Positions 1 to 10,300 of a DNA stretch of 56,326 bases are shown here, piece by piece (the stretch's first letter is position 1; every line of letters starts with the position of its first letter). Source of the DNA: an uncultured virus (IMG/VR IMGVR_UViG_3300009785_000018) (taxonomy: Duplodnaviria > Heunggongvirae > Uroviricota > Caudoviricetes); the IMG/VR virus record IMGVR_UViG_3300009785_000018, one strand, 5' to 3'. Position numbers and translations under genes: made by a program. The notes under the pieces are model-generated. The model ran no database searches, was not told the origin of the DNA, and saw nothing but the letters and a program-made list of their open reading frames with translations.

Positions 1-645
1 TCCACACCTTCGATCAATATTACCAAATTTGATTGGGAAAAATATCTAGATGAAAATCCTAAATTTAAGGGCAAAGACGAAAAGTCGGGAGTAGAAGTTC
101 TGTTGTTGCAATTTTTTAAAGATTTGCTCCACAAAGAGGGCTTTACCTCTATTAGGTATGTTCCCCTAGGAGCCGCCGATCAAGGCTACTGTGGGCTCTC
201 CTGTGAGATCCTATGGCAGAATGGGCAACTGACCTCTGGCATTGCAGACACCCATTTTAATAATTGCAAAAGCTTTACAAAATACTATCTCGCCGCAATG
301 AGTGAAAATCGATCTTTCATTCGTGCGGTAAAAGCTTATTTTAACATACCCTATCTTGGCAAAGATGAAATTGGTGATGCACCAAAAGAAGATGAACCCA
401 AGCGAGGAAAGGATGCTCCAACTGGACCCGATGTAACTCTAAAAAATAAGGTTAAGTCTATTCTTAAAATTTCAGAATTTGATAGTTTTAAAACTTTTCT
501 ACGGAAACAGGTTAAAGAAAATAAAGAAACCGCTTGGCTTAAAGAGGATGAATATTCTGATTGGGCAAGCTATTCCGACTGGCACGAGATTAATAAGAAA
601 AAAATACTTGAGTTAGTTGGGTTGATCAATCAATACAAGAGATGA
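1..645 (+). CDS. 5'-truncated phage protein, possibly a Rad52/Sak-like single-strand annealing protein
   Basis: Frame is open from base 1 (STPSINITKFDWEKYL...), so the gene starts upstream of the window. Motif LAAMSENRSFIRAVKAYFNI resembles the MAETRAxxRA helix of Rad52-like annealing proteins (recalled, unverified). Confidence 0.35.
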   Translation, partial: STPSINITKFDWEKYLDENPKFKGKDEKSGVEVLLLQFFKDLLHKEGFTSIRYVPLGAADQGYCGLSCEILWQNGQLTSGIADTHFNNCKSFTKYYLAAMSENRSFIRAVKAYFNIPYLGKDEIGDAPKEDEPKRGKDAPTGPDVTLKNKVKSILKISEFDSFKTFLRKQVKENKETAWLKEDEYSDWASYSDWHEINKKKILELVGLINQYKR

Positions 646-965
646 TGCTAGAAATCATAAACTTAAGTTGCTTAAACTTTTTAATACTTTCTGCCTTCTT
701 TTTAACAGACTTCAAGGTACATATTGTAAATACCATTTTTAGAAAAGACTTTGAAAGTGTAAGTCAAGCCGAGAATTATATTTTTCTTCATAAGGATATC
801 AGAATATTATGGTCTGACTTCACATTATCTGGACTAATAAGGTGTCCAATTTGTTTTAATATTTGGGTTTCATTTTTTGTTAGCCTTATAGGACTCAATA
901 TCATATATTTCCCAATAATATTCTTCATCTCGATTATGAGCTTTAAAATATTTAATAAAAAATGA
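642..965 (+). CDS. small membrane protein with CxxC motif (DUF1360-like)
   Basis: Hydrophobic segments and LIRCPICFNIW motif; ATGA overlap with the upstream gene. Confidence 0.5.
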   Translation: MMLEIINLSCLNFLILSAFFLTDFKVHIVNTIFRKDFESVSQAENYIFLHKDIRILWSDFTLSGLIRCPICFNIWVSFFVSLIGLNIIYFPIIFFISIMSFKIFNKK

Positions 966-1222
966 AATGTAAAATAACGAACACCTCAATAATCTTATTA
1001 ATTGTAATCTCATTCGCTGTTGCCTGTTTTAATACAACCAATGGAATCTTTTTTGCAGTATTTACAAATACGATATTAAATTATATTAGCTTTTTAAGAC
1101 AAAAACCAATAAAAACGAAAGCAAAGAAACGAAAAATTTTAACTGTGGATGAATTTCGTCAAAAAGAAATCGAGGCTAATCCCCACCGCCCTTATCCATA
1201 TGCCGACGAATTTACAGACTAA
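962..1222 (+). CDS. small hypothetical membrane protein
   Basis: Hydrophobic N-terminus, basic C-terminus; start overlaps the previous stop. Confidence 0.5.
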   Translation: MKCKITNTSIILLIVISFAVACFNTTNGIFFAVFTNTILNYISFLRQKPIKTKAKKRKILTVDEFRQKEIEANPHRPYPYADEFTD

Positions 1223-1374
1223 TGAAAAAAGATAATAAATGTTGCGTATGTTCTACCAAGTATGGTTCAATGACCTTTTGGAAGAATAAAGATTTCTGGC
1301 AAACGATGCTCATGTATGCATGTGGTGTAGTTATGCTATTGCTTATGTTAACTCACTGCGGAAAAACAATGTAA
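1222..1374 (+). CDS. 50-aa hypothetical protein (not in ORF track)
   Basis: TAATG overlap with the previous stop; MKKDNKCCVCSTKYG...LLLMLTHCGKTM with a hydrophobic stretch. Confidence 0.45.
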   Translation: MKKDNKCCVCSTKYGSMTFWKNKDFWQTMLMYACGVVMLLLMLTHCGKTM

Positions 1375-1375
1375 T

Positions 1376-1540
1376 ATGAATATAGGAAAATATTGTTTAG
1401 ACATAACCGAGTTTGAATCACGTCCGTGGTTTAGAGTGGAGATTGAATATGAAGGAGAAGATGAGGAAAAGGGGTATGCTTACGTCCACCGTGGCTGGTT
1501 GTGGTTTGTGATATCACGTAGAGAGGGCTTTGGCTGGTAA
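1376..1540 (+). CDS. 54-aa hypothetical protein (not in ORF track)
   Basis: ATG 1 nt after the previous stop; MNIGKYCLDITEFESRPWFRVEIEYEG...REGFGW; fills the gap. Confidence 0.45.
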   Translation: MNIGKYCLDITEFESRPWFRVEIEYEGEDEEKGYAYVHRGWLWFVISRREGFGW

Positions 1541-1568
1541 GAGTCCCAATAAAAAACAAATCAAGGCG

Positions 1569-1597
1569 TTGACGACGACAATAAAATTTTTTAAAGT
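1569..1597 (+). promoter_or_regulatory. sigma70-like promoter
   Basis: TTGACG-N17-TAAAGT, ending 8 nt before the ATG at 1606. Confidence 0.5.
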
Positions 1598-1605
1598 ATA
1601 AACAA

Positions 1606-2043
1606 ATGGAAAAAATAGTATTAGTAACTGGTGGATTTGATCCACTTCATTCTGGTCACCTTGCTTATTTAAAAGAGGCAAGGAAACTTGGGGACAAACT
1701 TATCGTTGGAATAAATTCTGACGATTGGCTGACTCGAAAAAAAGGTAAAAGCTTCTTGCCAGAAAAAGAACGGCACGAAATATTATCTGCGATTAGATAT
1801 GTAGATGGTTGCATCTTGTTTAACGATAGTGATGACACGGCTATTGAAGCTATTAAAAATGTTAAAATGTTATTTCCATTTGCTCAGATAATTTTTGCTA
1901 ATGGTGGCGACAGGTCAACCGACAATATTCCAGAATTTGGAGATGACTTGTTTTTCGATGATGTCGAATTTGTGTTTGGTGTCGGCGGTGAAGATAAAAA
2001 AAATAGCAGTAGTTGGATTCTAAAAAAATATGAAAAAAATTAA
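1606..2043 (+). CDS. cytidylyltransferase-like nucleotidyltransferase (HxGH family, TagD/RfaE-like)
   Basis: VLVTGGFDPLHSGH, VGINSDDWLTRKKG, FANGGDR and KKNSSS motifs. Confidence 0.9.
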   Translation: MEKIVLVTGGFDPLHSGHLAYLKEARKLGDKLIVGINSDDWLTRKKGKSFLPEKERHEILSAIRYVDGCILFNDSDDTAIEAIKNVKMLFPFAQIIFANGGDRSTDNIPEFGDDLFFDDVEFVFGVGGEDKKNSSSWILKKYEKN

Positions 2044-2069
2044 AGTATTCGTATAGAAAGTTTTAGAAA

Positions 2070-2339
2070 ATGACCAAATTTGATTATAAAAAGCCCACAG
2101 CGCAAATGCTGGGTAGATGGCAACCTTGGCATAAGGAGCATACTGAATTATTCAAGAAGGCGTTAAGTAAAACTGGACAGATTTGCATTATGTTAAGCCT
2201 TGCAGAACAAGACGACAGTAATCCATTCGATCCACTCACAGTTACAAATAATATTAAGAAGGTTTTATTGAACGAAGGATATACGTTTAACAAACAATAT
2301 ACCATTATTGTTGTGCCAAATATTATAGATATCAGTTAG
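2070..2339 (+). pseudogene. probably truncated HxGH-family nucleotidyltransferase
   Basis: MLGRWQPWHKEH (HxGH altered to HKEH); only 89 aa, ending at VPNIIDIS where it meets the stop of the convergent LRR gene. Confidence 0.55.
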
Positions 2340-5300
2340 GGAGTAGCAGGCTTGGCCTCTTTCCATGCACGAACTGAAAAACCAATCCGATCTCTAATTG
2401 CTGTACCGCCACCAGGGGTGGGATTAGTCTGATCTGCAGTTACCAAAGCATCACCATCAATACTCGCGATTGCCGATATATTACCACCTTGGACAAAACT
2501 GGGTGGGGACTTGCTGGGGTCATACCAGTAATAACGTATCCTCAAATTGTAGCCCGCCAAAGAACCGGTCGATTTAGCTGTAACTATCGCTCGACCGTAT
2601 TGCTGACCACCGATTGCTTCGCTATTAATAAACTCAACTACTGTTTGGCTATCGTTGTAATTAATACTTGAATTGGTTGAATGTATTGGGGTGTTTATAG
2701 TAGAGATTATTGCAATGGTATCATCATCATAAAATGGGGTAAAATCATGATTATTGTTTGTGCGAATAGAAGTAAATTCCACAGAATTATTTATATCAAA
2801 TATTGGTATGTATAAATTACTCGGAGTGTGATTTTTATAATAAGCATTGTTATTTGAATCCAAGGCTATATGAATACCCCATCCACTTTTAAAAGAATCA
2901 TACGTAACTTTACCTGAATAGCTCGTCGCGCCTGTTGTTCTGATCGGATCGGTTTCAAAAATTGCTGAAGTAATTTGTACATTGCCTGGGTCATAATATT
3001 CATGTGTTGCAAAGGTTGGAGCGTCTCCTTCAAATCTAACAATTAACAGGTTGTCGCATCCAAAAAACACACGATATCCAATCGAGGTCACATTGTCGGG
3101 AATCGTGATATCGGTTAGTTTTGAGCATCTAAAGAATGCAAAATCTCCAATCGAGGTCACACCACTGCCAATCGTGATATCGGTTAGGCTAATGCATCTA
3201 TTGAATGCGCTCTTCCCAATCGCTGTTACGCTGTCAGGAATGGTAATGCTAGGCAGGCTTGTGCAGGTATTGAATGCATCCCTTTTAATAGTGGTCAAAG
3301 TATTGGGTAGCGTGACACTTACCAGATTTGAGCAGAATCTGAATGTCCCATCTTCAATCGAGGTCACGCTGTCTGGGATGGTAATACTGGTCAGGCCAGA
3401 GCAGTCCCAGAATGCATTAGTTCCAATCGAGGTCACGCTGTCTGGGATGGTAATGCTGCTTAGGAATGTGCAGTTTTGGAATGCCGCCGTTCCAATCGCG
3501 GTCACGGCTAAGCCATTATAAGTGCTGGGAATATCCAAGGTTCCGAAAGCAGTTTCTATACAATCGGCCACTCTATACGTTCCATCACCCCTTAAGGTAA
3601 ACGTTAGGGAAGCTACTGATGCTAGCGTTCTAACACCCAAACCTCCATACTTGCTTACACCATCTCCACCATTAGCTGGGGATATGTAGCTGCTAAACGC
3701 TCCAGATGGGACGCTAGCAAATTGTCCGGAAACATCGGGACTTTCTATACGGCCAAATGGACCCACTAGATAACTAGTAGTGCCCTCAAAGTCAATCTCT
3801 AAAACTGGAGCGGTTGTACCCTCAAAGTTAATTAAAGTGACACTATCTAAGTATCGTAAAGCAGCAAATCCAATATTAGTAACACTGCTTGGTATCGTAA
3901 TGCTGGTCAGGCTAGAGCAGCCATAGAATGTCTCCTGTTCAATCAAGGTTACACCGTCGGGTATCGTAATGCTGGTTAGACTACTGCATCTAGTGAATGC
4001 CCCTTCTCCAATCGATGTCACACTGTCGGGAATGGTAATACTGGTTAGGCTAGTGTTACCACCGAATGCAGTATTTCCAATCGAAGTCACGCTGTCTGGG
4101 AGGATAATGCTAGGCAGGCTAGAGCAGCCGTTGAATGCGCCTTGCCCAATAGAAGTCACGCTGTCGGGGATCGTAACGCTGGTCAGGGAAGTGCAGGAAC
4201 TGAATACACCAATTGCAATCGAGGTCACGCTATCGGGTATGGTAATGCTGGTCAGGCTAGTGCAGTAACTGAAAGCAAAAGCGTCAATCGAGGTCACGCT
4301 GTCTGGGAGGATAATGCTGCTTGCGCTAAAGCAGGATCTGAATGCACTAGTTCCAATTGAGGTCACGCCATCGGGGATCGTAATACTGGTCAGGCTAGTG
4401 CATAAAAAGAATGCAATATCCCCAATCGAAGTCACGTTATCAGGAATAGTAACGTTGGTCAGGCTAGTGCAATTATGGAATGTAGCATTTTCAATCAAGG
4501 TCACGGCGTCGGGGATATTAATGCTAGTCAGGCTAGAGCAGTTTGTGAATGCACTATTTCCAATCGAGGTCAAATTGCTACTACTACCAATCGTTATACT
4601 AGTTGCGTTTTTGCAGTTATAGAATGCCCGTATTCCAATCGAGGCCACGCTGTCTGGCAGCGTAATGCTGGTCAGACTTTGGCAATTTTCGAATGCATTA
4701 TATCCAATCGAGGTCACTGGTAATTCATCCGGTGATTGTGATGTATCTAGATGGGTACTGGGAACATCTATTGTTCCGCTAGCAAATGTCGGGCAATTAG
4801 TCACAGAATACTCAGTGCCATCATCATTCAAGGTAAAAGTAAGACCGACATTAGAAGCGTCGATTGATTCGTTTATGTCTAAACCTGCGTATGTTGTTCC
4901 ATTTCCTGCATTTTGGTAACTTACTATTGTATTCAGTGGGACGGTAATTGTTGTGGTCAAAATGCCTTGCCAATCAGGGTATGGTATTTTGTTGGATAAG
5001 ACGGGGGCAGATGTTGCTAGACAGGTTATGCTGCCTAGACTAGAACACTGGTCGAACGCTGAGATTCCAATCGAGGTCACGCTATCGGGAATGGTTATGC
5101 TGCTTAGGCTAGTGCAATTTTCGAATGCATTGTTTCCAATTGTTTCCAAGTCTTCGGAAAGATCAATATTAATTAGGCTAGAGCAGCTTTTGAATGCACT
5201 GCTTCCAATCTCGGTCACACCGTCGGGGAGGGTGATGTTGATTAGACTTGTGCAGCTTTGAAACGCATTATTGCCAATCGAGATCAATTCTTCGGAAAGG

Positions 5301-7321
5301 TTAATACTGATTAGGTTAATGCAGTTATTGAATGCGTAAGTTTCAATTGCGGTCACATTGTCGGGAATCGTAATACTATTTAGGCTTGTGCATAATCGGA
5401 ATGACCCAGATTCAATCGACGTCAAACTGTCGGGAAGGGAAACATCATCTAAGCTAACACATTCATTAAATAACCTACATGCAATCTCGGTCACACCTTC
5501 AGGGATTACAACTTCGGTTAATCCGGTCCTTTCGAATGCGGCTTCTCCAATTGAAGTCACACTGTCTGGAATTGTGACTCTTCTTAAGAAAAGGCAGTCA
5601 CGGAATGCAGCATCCCCAATCGAGGTAATACTGTTAGGAATCACAACACTTGTTAATAAAATGCAGTTTTCGAATGTGCTATCTTCAATCGAACTTATAT
5701 TTCCGATTATGTTTTCAATGCTTTCCAAGCTAATGCAGTTTTCGAACGCAAAGGCCCTAATCCTAGTTAAGCTGTTGGGAGTTACAATGCTTTCCAAACT
5801 AGAGCATCCTTGGAAAGTGTATAGTGGAATTGTTGTTATACCGTCCCCCATATCTACGGTTGTTAGAGCTATACAATCTTTGAATAAAGCTATCCCAATC
5901 GAGGTTACACTGTCTGGAATTACTACACTTGTTAGAGCTATGCAATCTTTGAATGCACAGCTTGCAATGGAGGTCACTGGTAATGTATCCTCTGATTGTA
6001 ATGTGTCTAGGTGAGTACTTGGAATATCTAATGATCCATTGTATTCTGTTCCACAACTAGTTAAGACGTAAGCCGTACCATCTTCATTTATCTCAAATAC
6101 TATGTCAGATCCTGAATTAGAATAATTATTAGATACCGTCGCCTTTATAGTTGCAAAATATCTTGCATCGTCAGTTGATCCCTTGTCTGCATCTCCCCTA
6201 GATGGATATTGCACTATACACTCTTCATTTACATTTGCGGAAGCTCCATATACCACTGGAAATCCATTGTTAAACTTATGATATACATTTTCCTCTGGAT
6301 CATAAGCCAAAGGTGCCGAAGCTTCAGATGGGCTAAATATGGCAAATTTTTTCAATTCTCCAGTTACATTCAATTCTAATGTAGCTGCATCGGCAAACCA
6401 ATTATTGCTTTGAGGAGCAGACAAAAGTCTAGAATCATAAGACCCAAACTCTGCAGGATCAAAATCTAAAGTCTGTTGAATTCTAGTTATAGGATTAAAT
6501 GCTAAAATAGTAGTTCCGTATAATGGCGGAAAAACCGCCCATTCACCAACTGTAGTTGGGGGAGCAAATCTGGAAATAAATGCTGCATCATCAGCTTCAC
6601 CAGGTGTCAGTTCTTTTTCAGGGATTTCTTCCGTGTGTACATATAAGTCATTTTGACTTGGATTATAACATATTACGTTCCCAGTGCGTCCAGCCATGAC
6701 CGCCCAGTCCCCAACAACAGATGGCCCTGCAAAGAAGTATGGGCCAAGTGTACCATTATCTGCACTTATCTGGGGCTGACCATGTGTAACTTGCTGAACA
6801 GATTGAAAATATGGATTGACTGCAATAATTTGTGGCGAAAATGTTGGAGCAAAAACTGCCCAGTCTCCTACCGTCGCAGTACCTCCAAATGGATTAGGCG
6901 AGGATTGTGGATCGTAATCTCCAGTATAATTTAGTTCAAAGCCACCCTCATTTACTGGATCAAAACAATAAGCTATACGCTTAGAAACACTATAATCCAC
7001 TATCTCAAATACTGCATATTGTCCAACTCCAGCAACCCCACCAATTGATCTATCAAAACTTAAAGGGAATTGTTTAACAATATCATTTTGTGGATCGTAA
7101 AATACAATAGAGTCTGGACCGCCAGGAACATTCATCCCCATAGTAGCAAAATTACCAACAGCAGCTATTCCATAGGTAAATCCCCCAGTGACGGTTTGGG
7201 ATGGTGTTTGATATAGTCTCTTATATGGGTTGTAAGAGGGTATAATAGAGGTTTCTTCTTCTACGTTATATGATGGTGGAAAAACCGCCCAATCTCCTAT
7301 AGATGCACTTTTTTTTGACAT
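2336..7321 (-). CDS. large BspA-type LRR protein: N-terminal beta-propeller-like repeats plus three capped LRR blocks; putative receptor-binding protein
   Basis: About 34 23-aa repeats [23 protein letters not shown] in blocks of ~14, ~13 and ~7, each after an FxxxxDGT-Y...DIPST cap; N-terminal (V/I)G(D/E)WAVF repeats; last gene of the tail-tip run. Confidence 0.85.
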   Translation of the reverse strand: MSKKSASIGDWAVFPPSYNVEEETSIIPSYNPYKRLYQTPSQTVTGGFTYGIAAVGNFATMGMNVPGGPDSIVFYDPQNDIVKQFPLSFDRSIGGVAGVGQYAVFEIVDYSVSKRIAYCFDPVNEGGFELNYTGDYDPQSSPNPFGGTATVGDWAVFAPTFSPQIIAVNPYFQSVQQVTHGQPQISADNGTLGPYFFAGPSVVGDWAVMAGRTGNVICYNPSQNDLYVHTEEIPEKELTPGEADDAAFISRFAPPTTVGEWAVFPPLYGTTILAFNPITRIQQTLDFDPAEFGSYDSRLLSAPQSNNWFADAATLELNVTGELKKFAIFSPSEASAPLAYDPEENVYHKFNNGFPVVYGASANVNEECIVQYPSRGDADKGSTDDARYFATIKATVSNNYSNSGSDIVFEINEDGTAYVLTSCGTEYNGSLDIPSTHLDTLQSEDTLPVTSIASCAFKDCIALTSVVIPDSVTSIGIALFKDCIALTTVDMGDGITTIPLYTFQGCSSLESIVTPNSLTRIRAFAFENCISLESIENIIGNISSIEDSTFENCILLTSVVIPNSITSIGDAAFRDCLFLRRVTIPDSVTSIGEAAFERTGLTEVVIPEGVTEIACRLFNECVSLDDVSLPDSLTSIESGSFRLCTSLNSITIPDNVTAIETYAFNNCINLISINLSEELISIGNNAFQSCTSLINITLPDGVTEIGSSAFKSCSSLINIDLSEDLETIGNNAFENCTSLSSITIPDSVTSIGISAFDQCSSLGSITCLATSAPVLSNKIPYPDWQGILTTTITVPLNTIVSYQNAGNGTTYAGLDINESIDASNVGLTFTLNDDGTEYSVTNCPTFASGTIDVPSTHLDTSQSPDELPVTSIGYNAFENCQSLTSITLPDSVASIGIRAFYNCKNATSITIGSSSNLTSIGNSAFTNCSSLTSINIPDAVTLIENATFHNCTSLTNVTIPDNVTSIGDIAFFLCTSLTSITIPDGVTSIGTSAFRSCFSASSIILPDSVTSIDAFAFSYCTSLTSITIPDSVTSIAIGVFSSCTSLTSVTIPDSVTSIGQGAFNGCSSLPSIILPDSVTSIGNTAFGGNTSLTSITIPDSVTSIGEGAFTRCSSLTSITIPDGVTLIEQETFYGCSSLTSITIPSSVTNIGFAALRYLDSVTLINFEGTTAPVLEIDFEGTTSYLVGPFGRIESPDVSGQFASVPSGAFSSYISPANGGDGVSKYGGLGVRTLASVASLTFTLRGDGTYRVADCIETAFGTLDIPSTYNGLAVTAIGTAAFQNCTFLSSITIPDSVTSIGTNAFWDCSGLTSITIPDSVTSIEDGTFRFCSNLVSVTLPNTLTTIKRDAFNTCTSLPSITIPDSVTAIGKSAFNRCISLTDITIGSGVTSIGDFAFFRCSKLTDITIPDNVTSIGYRVFFGCDNLLIVRFEGDAPTFATHEYYDPGNVQITSAIFETDPIRTTGATSYSGKVTYDSFKSGWGIHIALDSNNNAYYKNHTPSNLYIPIFDINNSVEFTSIRTNNNHDFTPFYDDDTIAIISTINTPIHSTNSSINYNDSQTVVEFINSEAIGGQQYGRAIVTAKSTGSLAGYNLRIRYYWYDPSKSPPSFVQGGNISAIASIDGDALVTADQTNPTPGGGTAIRDRIGFSVRAWKEAKPATP
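3060..5980 (-). repeat. imperfect 69-bp coding repeats (three LRR blocks)
   Basis: Recurring CCAATCGAGGTCAC and GAATGC at ~69-bp period. Confidence 0.9.
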
Positions 7322-7379
7322 TTTTTTTATTTTCTAATTGATTTGGTTATATTATTTTATCGTATTTTTTACTATAATG

Positions 7380-10300
7380 TTATGCATTCGGTAAACTATA
7401 TGAGACACTTAAACCGTCATAATTTGTTCCATATCCAATTGCATTAGCTGGAACATTAATGGTTGTGGCTGATATCCTTTCAAAATTCGTCGCGTTGGGC
7501 TCGGCGATGCTTGTGTCTATTGGGTTTAATGTTGGGGCGTTTTTCGAAAGGAAGTTAACTGTGGCTAGATTATTACAATCCTTGAAAGTATAAGGTCCAA
7601 TCGAGTTCACGCTGGCTGGGAACGTAATGGTAGTCAAGTTAGGCATGGTAGTGAAAGCACCCCGTCCAATTTCCCTTACGCCGTTGGGAATCGCAATAGT
7701 GTTGAAGGCAGTGTGGCCGAACGCACCCTCTTCAATCACTTTCACGCTATTGGGAATCGTAAAGCTGTTCAGGCTATCGCAGTGACCGAATGTACCCCTT
7801 GGAATTGAGGCAAGGTTGACGGGTAAGACAGCGCTAGTCAGGCTACTGCAGTCAAAGAATAACTCTGTTCCAAGTGTTTGTACACTATAAGGGATGAAAA
7901 TACTGGTCAGGCTACGGCAGTTGGCGAATGCCTGAGCTGCGATCAATTCCACGCTGTTAGGAATCGTAATACTACTTAGGCTAGTGCAGCCTCGAAATGC
8001 AAGAGAATAAATAAATCTCACACTGTTAGGAATCGTAATGCTAGGCAGGCTAGAGCAGCCGTCGAATGACTGTTGCCCAATATGGGTCACTCCGTCGGGG
8101 ATCGTAACGCTGGTCAGGGAAGTGCAGTTACCTAATAACATACCTGCAATCACTCTCACTCTGTCGCCGAAGGAAATGCTGCTTAGGCTTGTGCAGCGAT
8201 TGAATGCACCAATGTCAATGAAGTTTACGAAGTCGTGGATCGTAATACTGGTCAGGCCAGAGCAGCCAAAGAATGCCCAACTCCCAATTGTGACCACGCT
8301 GTCTGGGATTATAATGTTAGTTATGTTAGCGCAGTTTAAGAATGCAGAATTTCCAATCGCGACCACTGGTAATTCATCCGGTGATTGTGATGTATCTAGA
8401 TGGGTACTGGGAATTTCTTTGTCACCTGAGGCGGATTTAAGACATTCGATTAGAGTATATTCATCGCCTCGATCGTTCAGTTGGAAGGTAAACTCTGGAG
8501 CAAGGGCATAAATTGTTCTGTCTATATTGAAAAAGTCTCTAATATTACAATTATCATCGCCAAGGAATTCAAATTCATCAATTCTATACTCTCCGATTGC
8601 TTCATCAAAGAGATAACTTGGCCGATCTACATCTCCGAGATTTCTGTAAGGAAAGATATGAATATCAGAGATTTTATTTCCTACATATATCTCTTGATTT
8701 AACCCAATGCCGTCTATAAATAAATGTGAATCTATAGGATTTGCAGGAATAGTAACATTTGTACCAAAGGATTTGTATATTAATTCGTCCTGCATACTAA
8801 TATCCCATCCTCTATTTAAATTTTCAATATCTATAGATGGATTGTAATAAGAAGATCCAGAATATCCAACACTACCTCCGCTAAACTCAATTGAATACGC
8901 ATTTTCATCAACAAAGCCCAAGGGGTTGATTGTTTTCAACAAACTTCGATCAAAACATATACCAGAATTAAAAACTGCAGCACCAGTTAATAATTTTGGT
9001 CTTTCCGTTATATTTGGAACATAATTATTTTTATTTAAAGATTGGTCTTTCCACTCGGTAACAAAAACCTCTCCACTCTGTGCAAACTGTTTTACATTTT
9101 CAATATTAATATAGTTATTGTAAAAATAAATATCTTTACTTTCTCCATCACTAGCTCTTTGTACGGTCATAATGCACCCAGTAAAGCCTGGATTCACCCT
9201 AGAAAGAGATAATAGCAAATTAGCGACGTGAAAGTTATAAGGATAGTTGGTGTTATAGCCTGAAACCTCAATCGTAGGTAGGTCTTCGAAACATGCACCA
9301 CTTTTAGAAGCTATGAAATCTCCAGTTAAAGTAAATCCAACGTCATCGCCAGTAGCTTCTGGAAGCTCTCCAAAAACTACTTCACCAACTGTATCCGCCA
9401 TAAATAAATCTTCAAAACCAGAAATAGTCGTGTCATATATTTTTTCATATGTATATACACCTCTTTTAACAGCTGAAAGGAAATTCTGGTCGACTATACC
9501 AGTTTCTGTAATATATCCAGCGATCCCGCTTCCCGTTATATCGTAATATCCAGTGATTTCTCCAGTATATGATATAAATTTTCTTACAATTTCTGTGGTG
9601 TATGCGCCTGGCTGAAGATTCACTTCTCCGTCTGGCAAAAAGTTGGCTGGATCAAAGAAAGATGCGCCGTAACCAGTTCTAATAATCCCAGTAAGCTGTT
9701 CTTCGTTAAAAGTTCCAGTGCCAATAATATTATTGACTATTCCTGTAATTACCTGCGATCCAAAAGGAACGAATCCAGAAAAACGAGTTGTTGACATTCC
9801 TGCTAAATTAATATCGGTATCAACGATACCACTTCCAAGTCCAGTTAAAAGCAGCTCATAATCATTAACAATCTGTCCAGTAGGTTCAGCATAACCAGTT
9901 AAAATTCCTGTTCCTACGCCAGTTTGAATAACACCAGAAGCATCTAAGCCAGAAACCAAACCAGTCTTAGAAATAGAAACTGTATTTATTCCTGTAACTA
10001 CAGCATCTTCGGTATGAGAAAAATCTCTAAAAAAAGCCTTATCTCTAAATATGTCACCAGTCTGCCCAGAAAGATGAGACAGCGAAACACCAATGTTTGC
10101 ACCATTAAAATCGGCGTAATAGCTAGTAACAGTAATAGATCCAGATAGTCCGTCGAAGTCTGCAACAAAAGGCTGTATGTTCAAATAAGAACTAGACCTT
10201 ATAGTTGAAGGTAAATTTCCTCCAGTTAGACTATAAGCATATTCTATTTGGCCAAAATTTGTATAAAATAATAAATCAGCTACTCCGCTTAAATTTTGTG

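Noticed and set aside
3051..8511. Plus-strand ORFs with PIEVTLSG repeats (and minus-strand equivalents at 49972-52958)
   Set aside because: Antisense shadows of LRR coding repeats.
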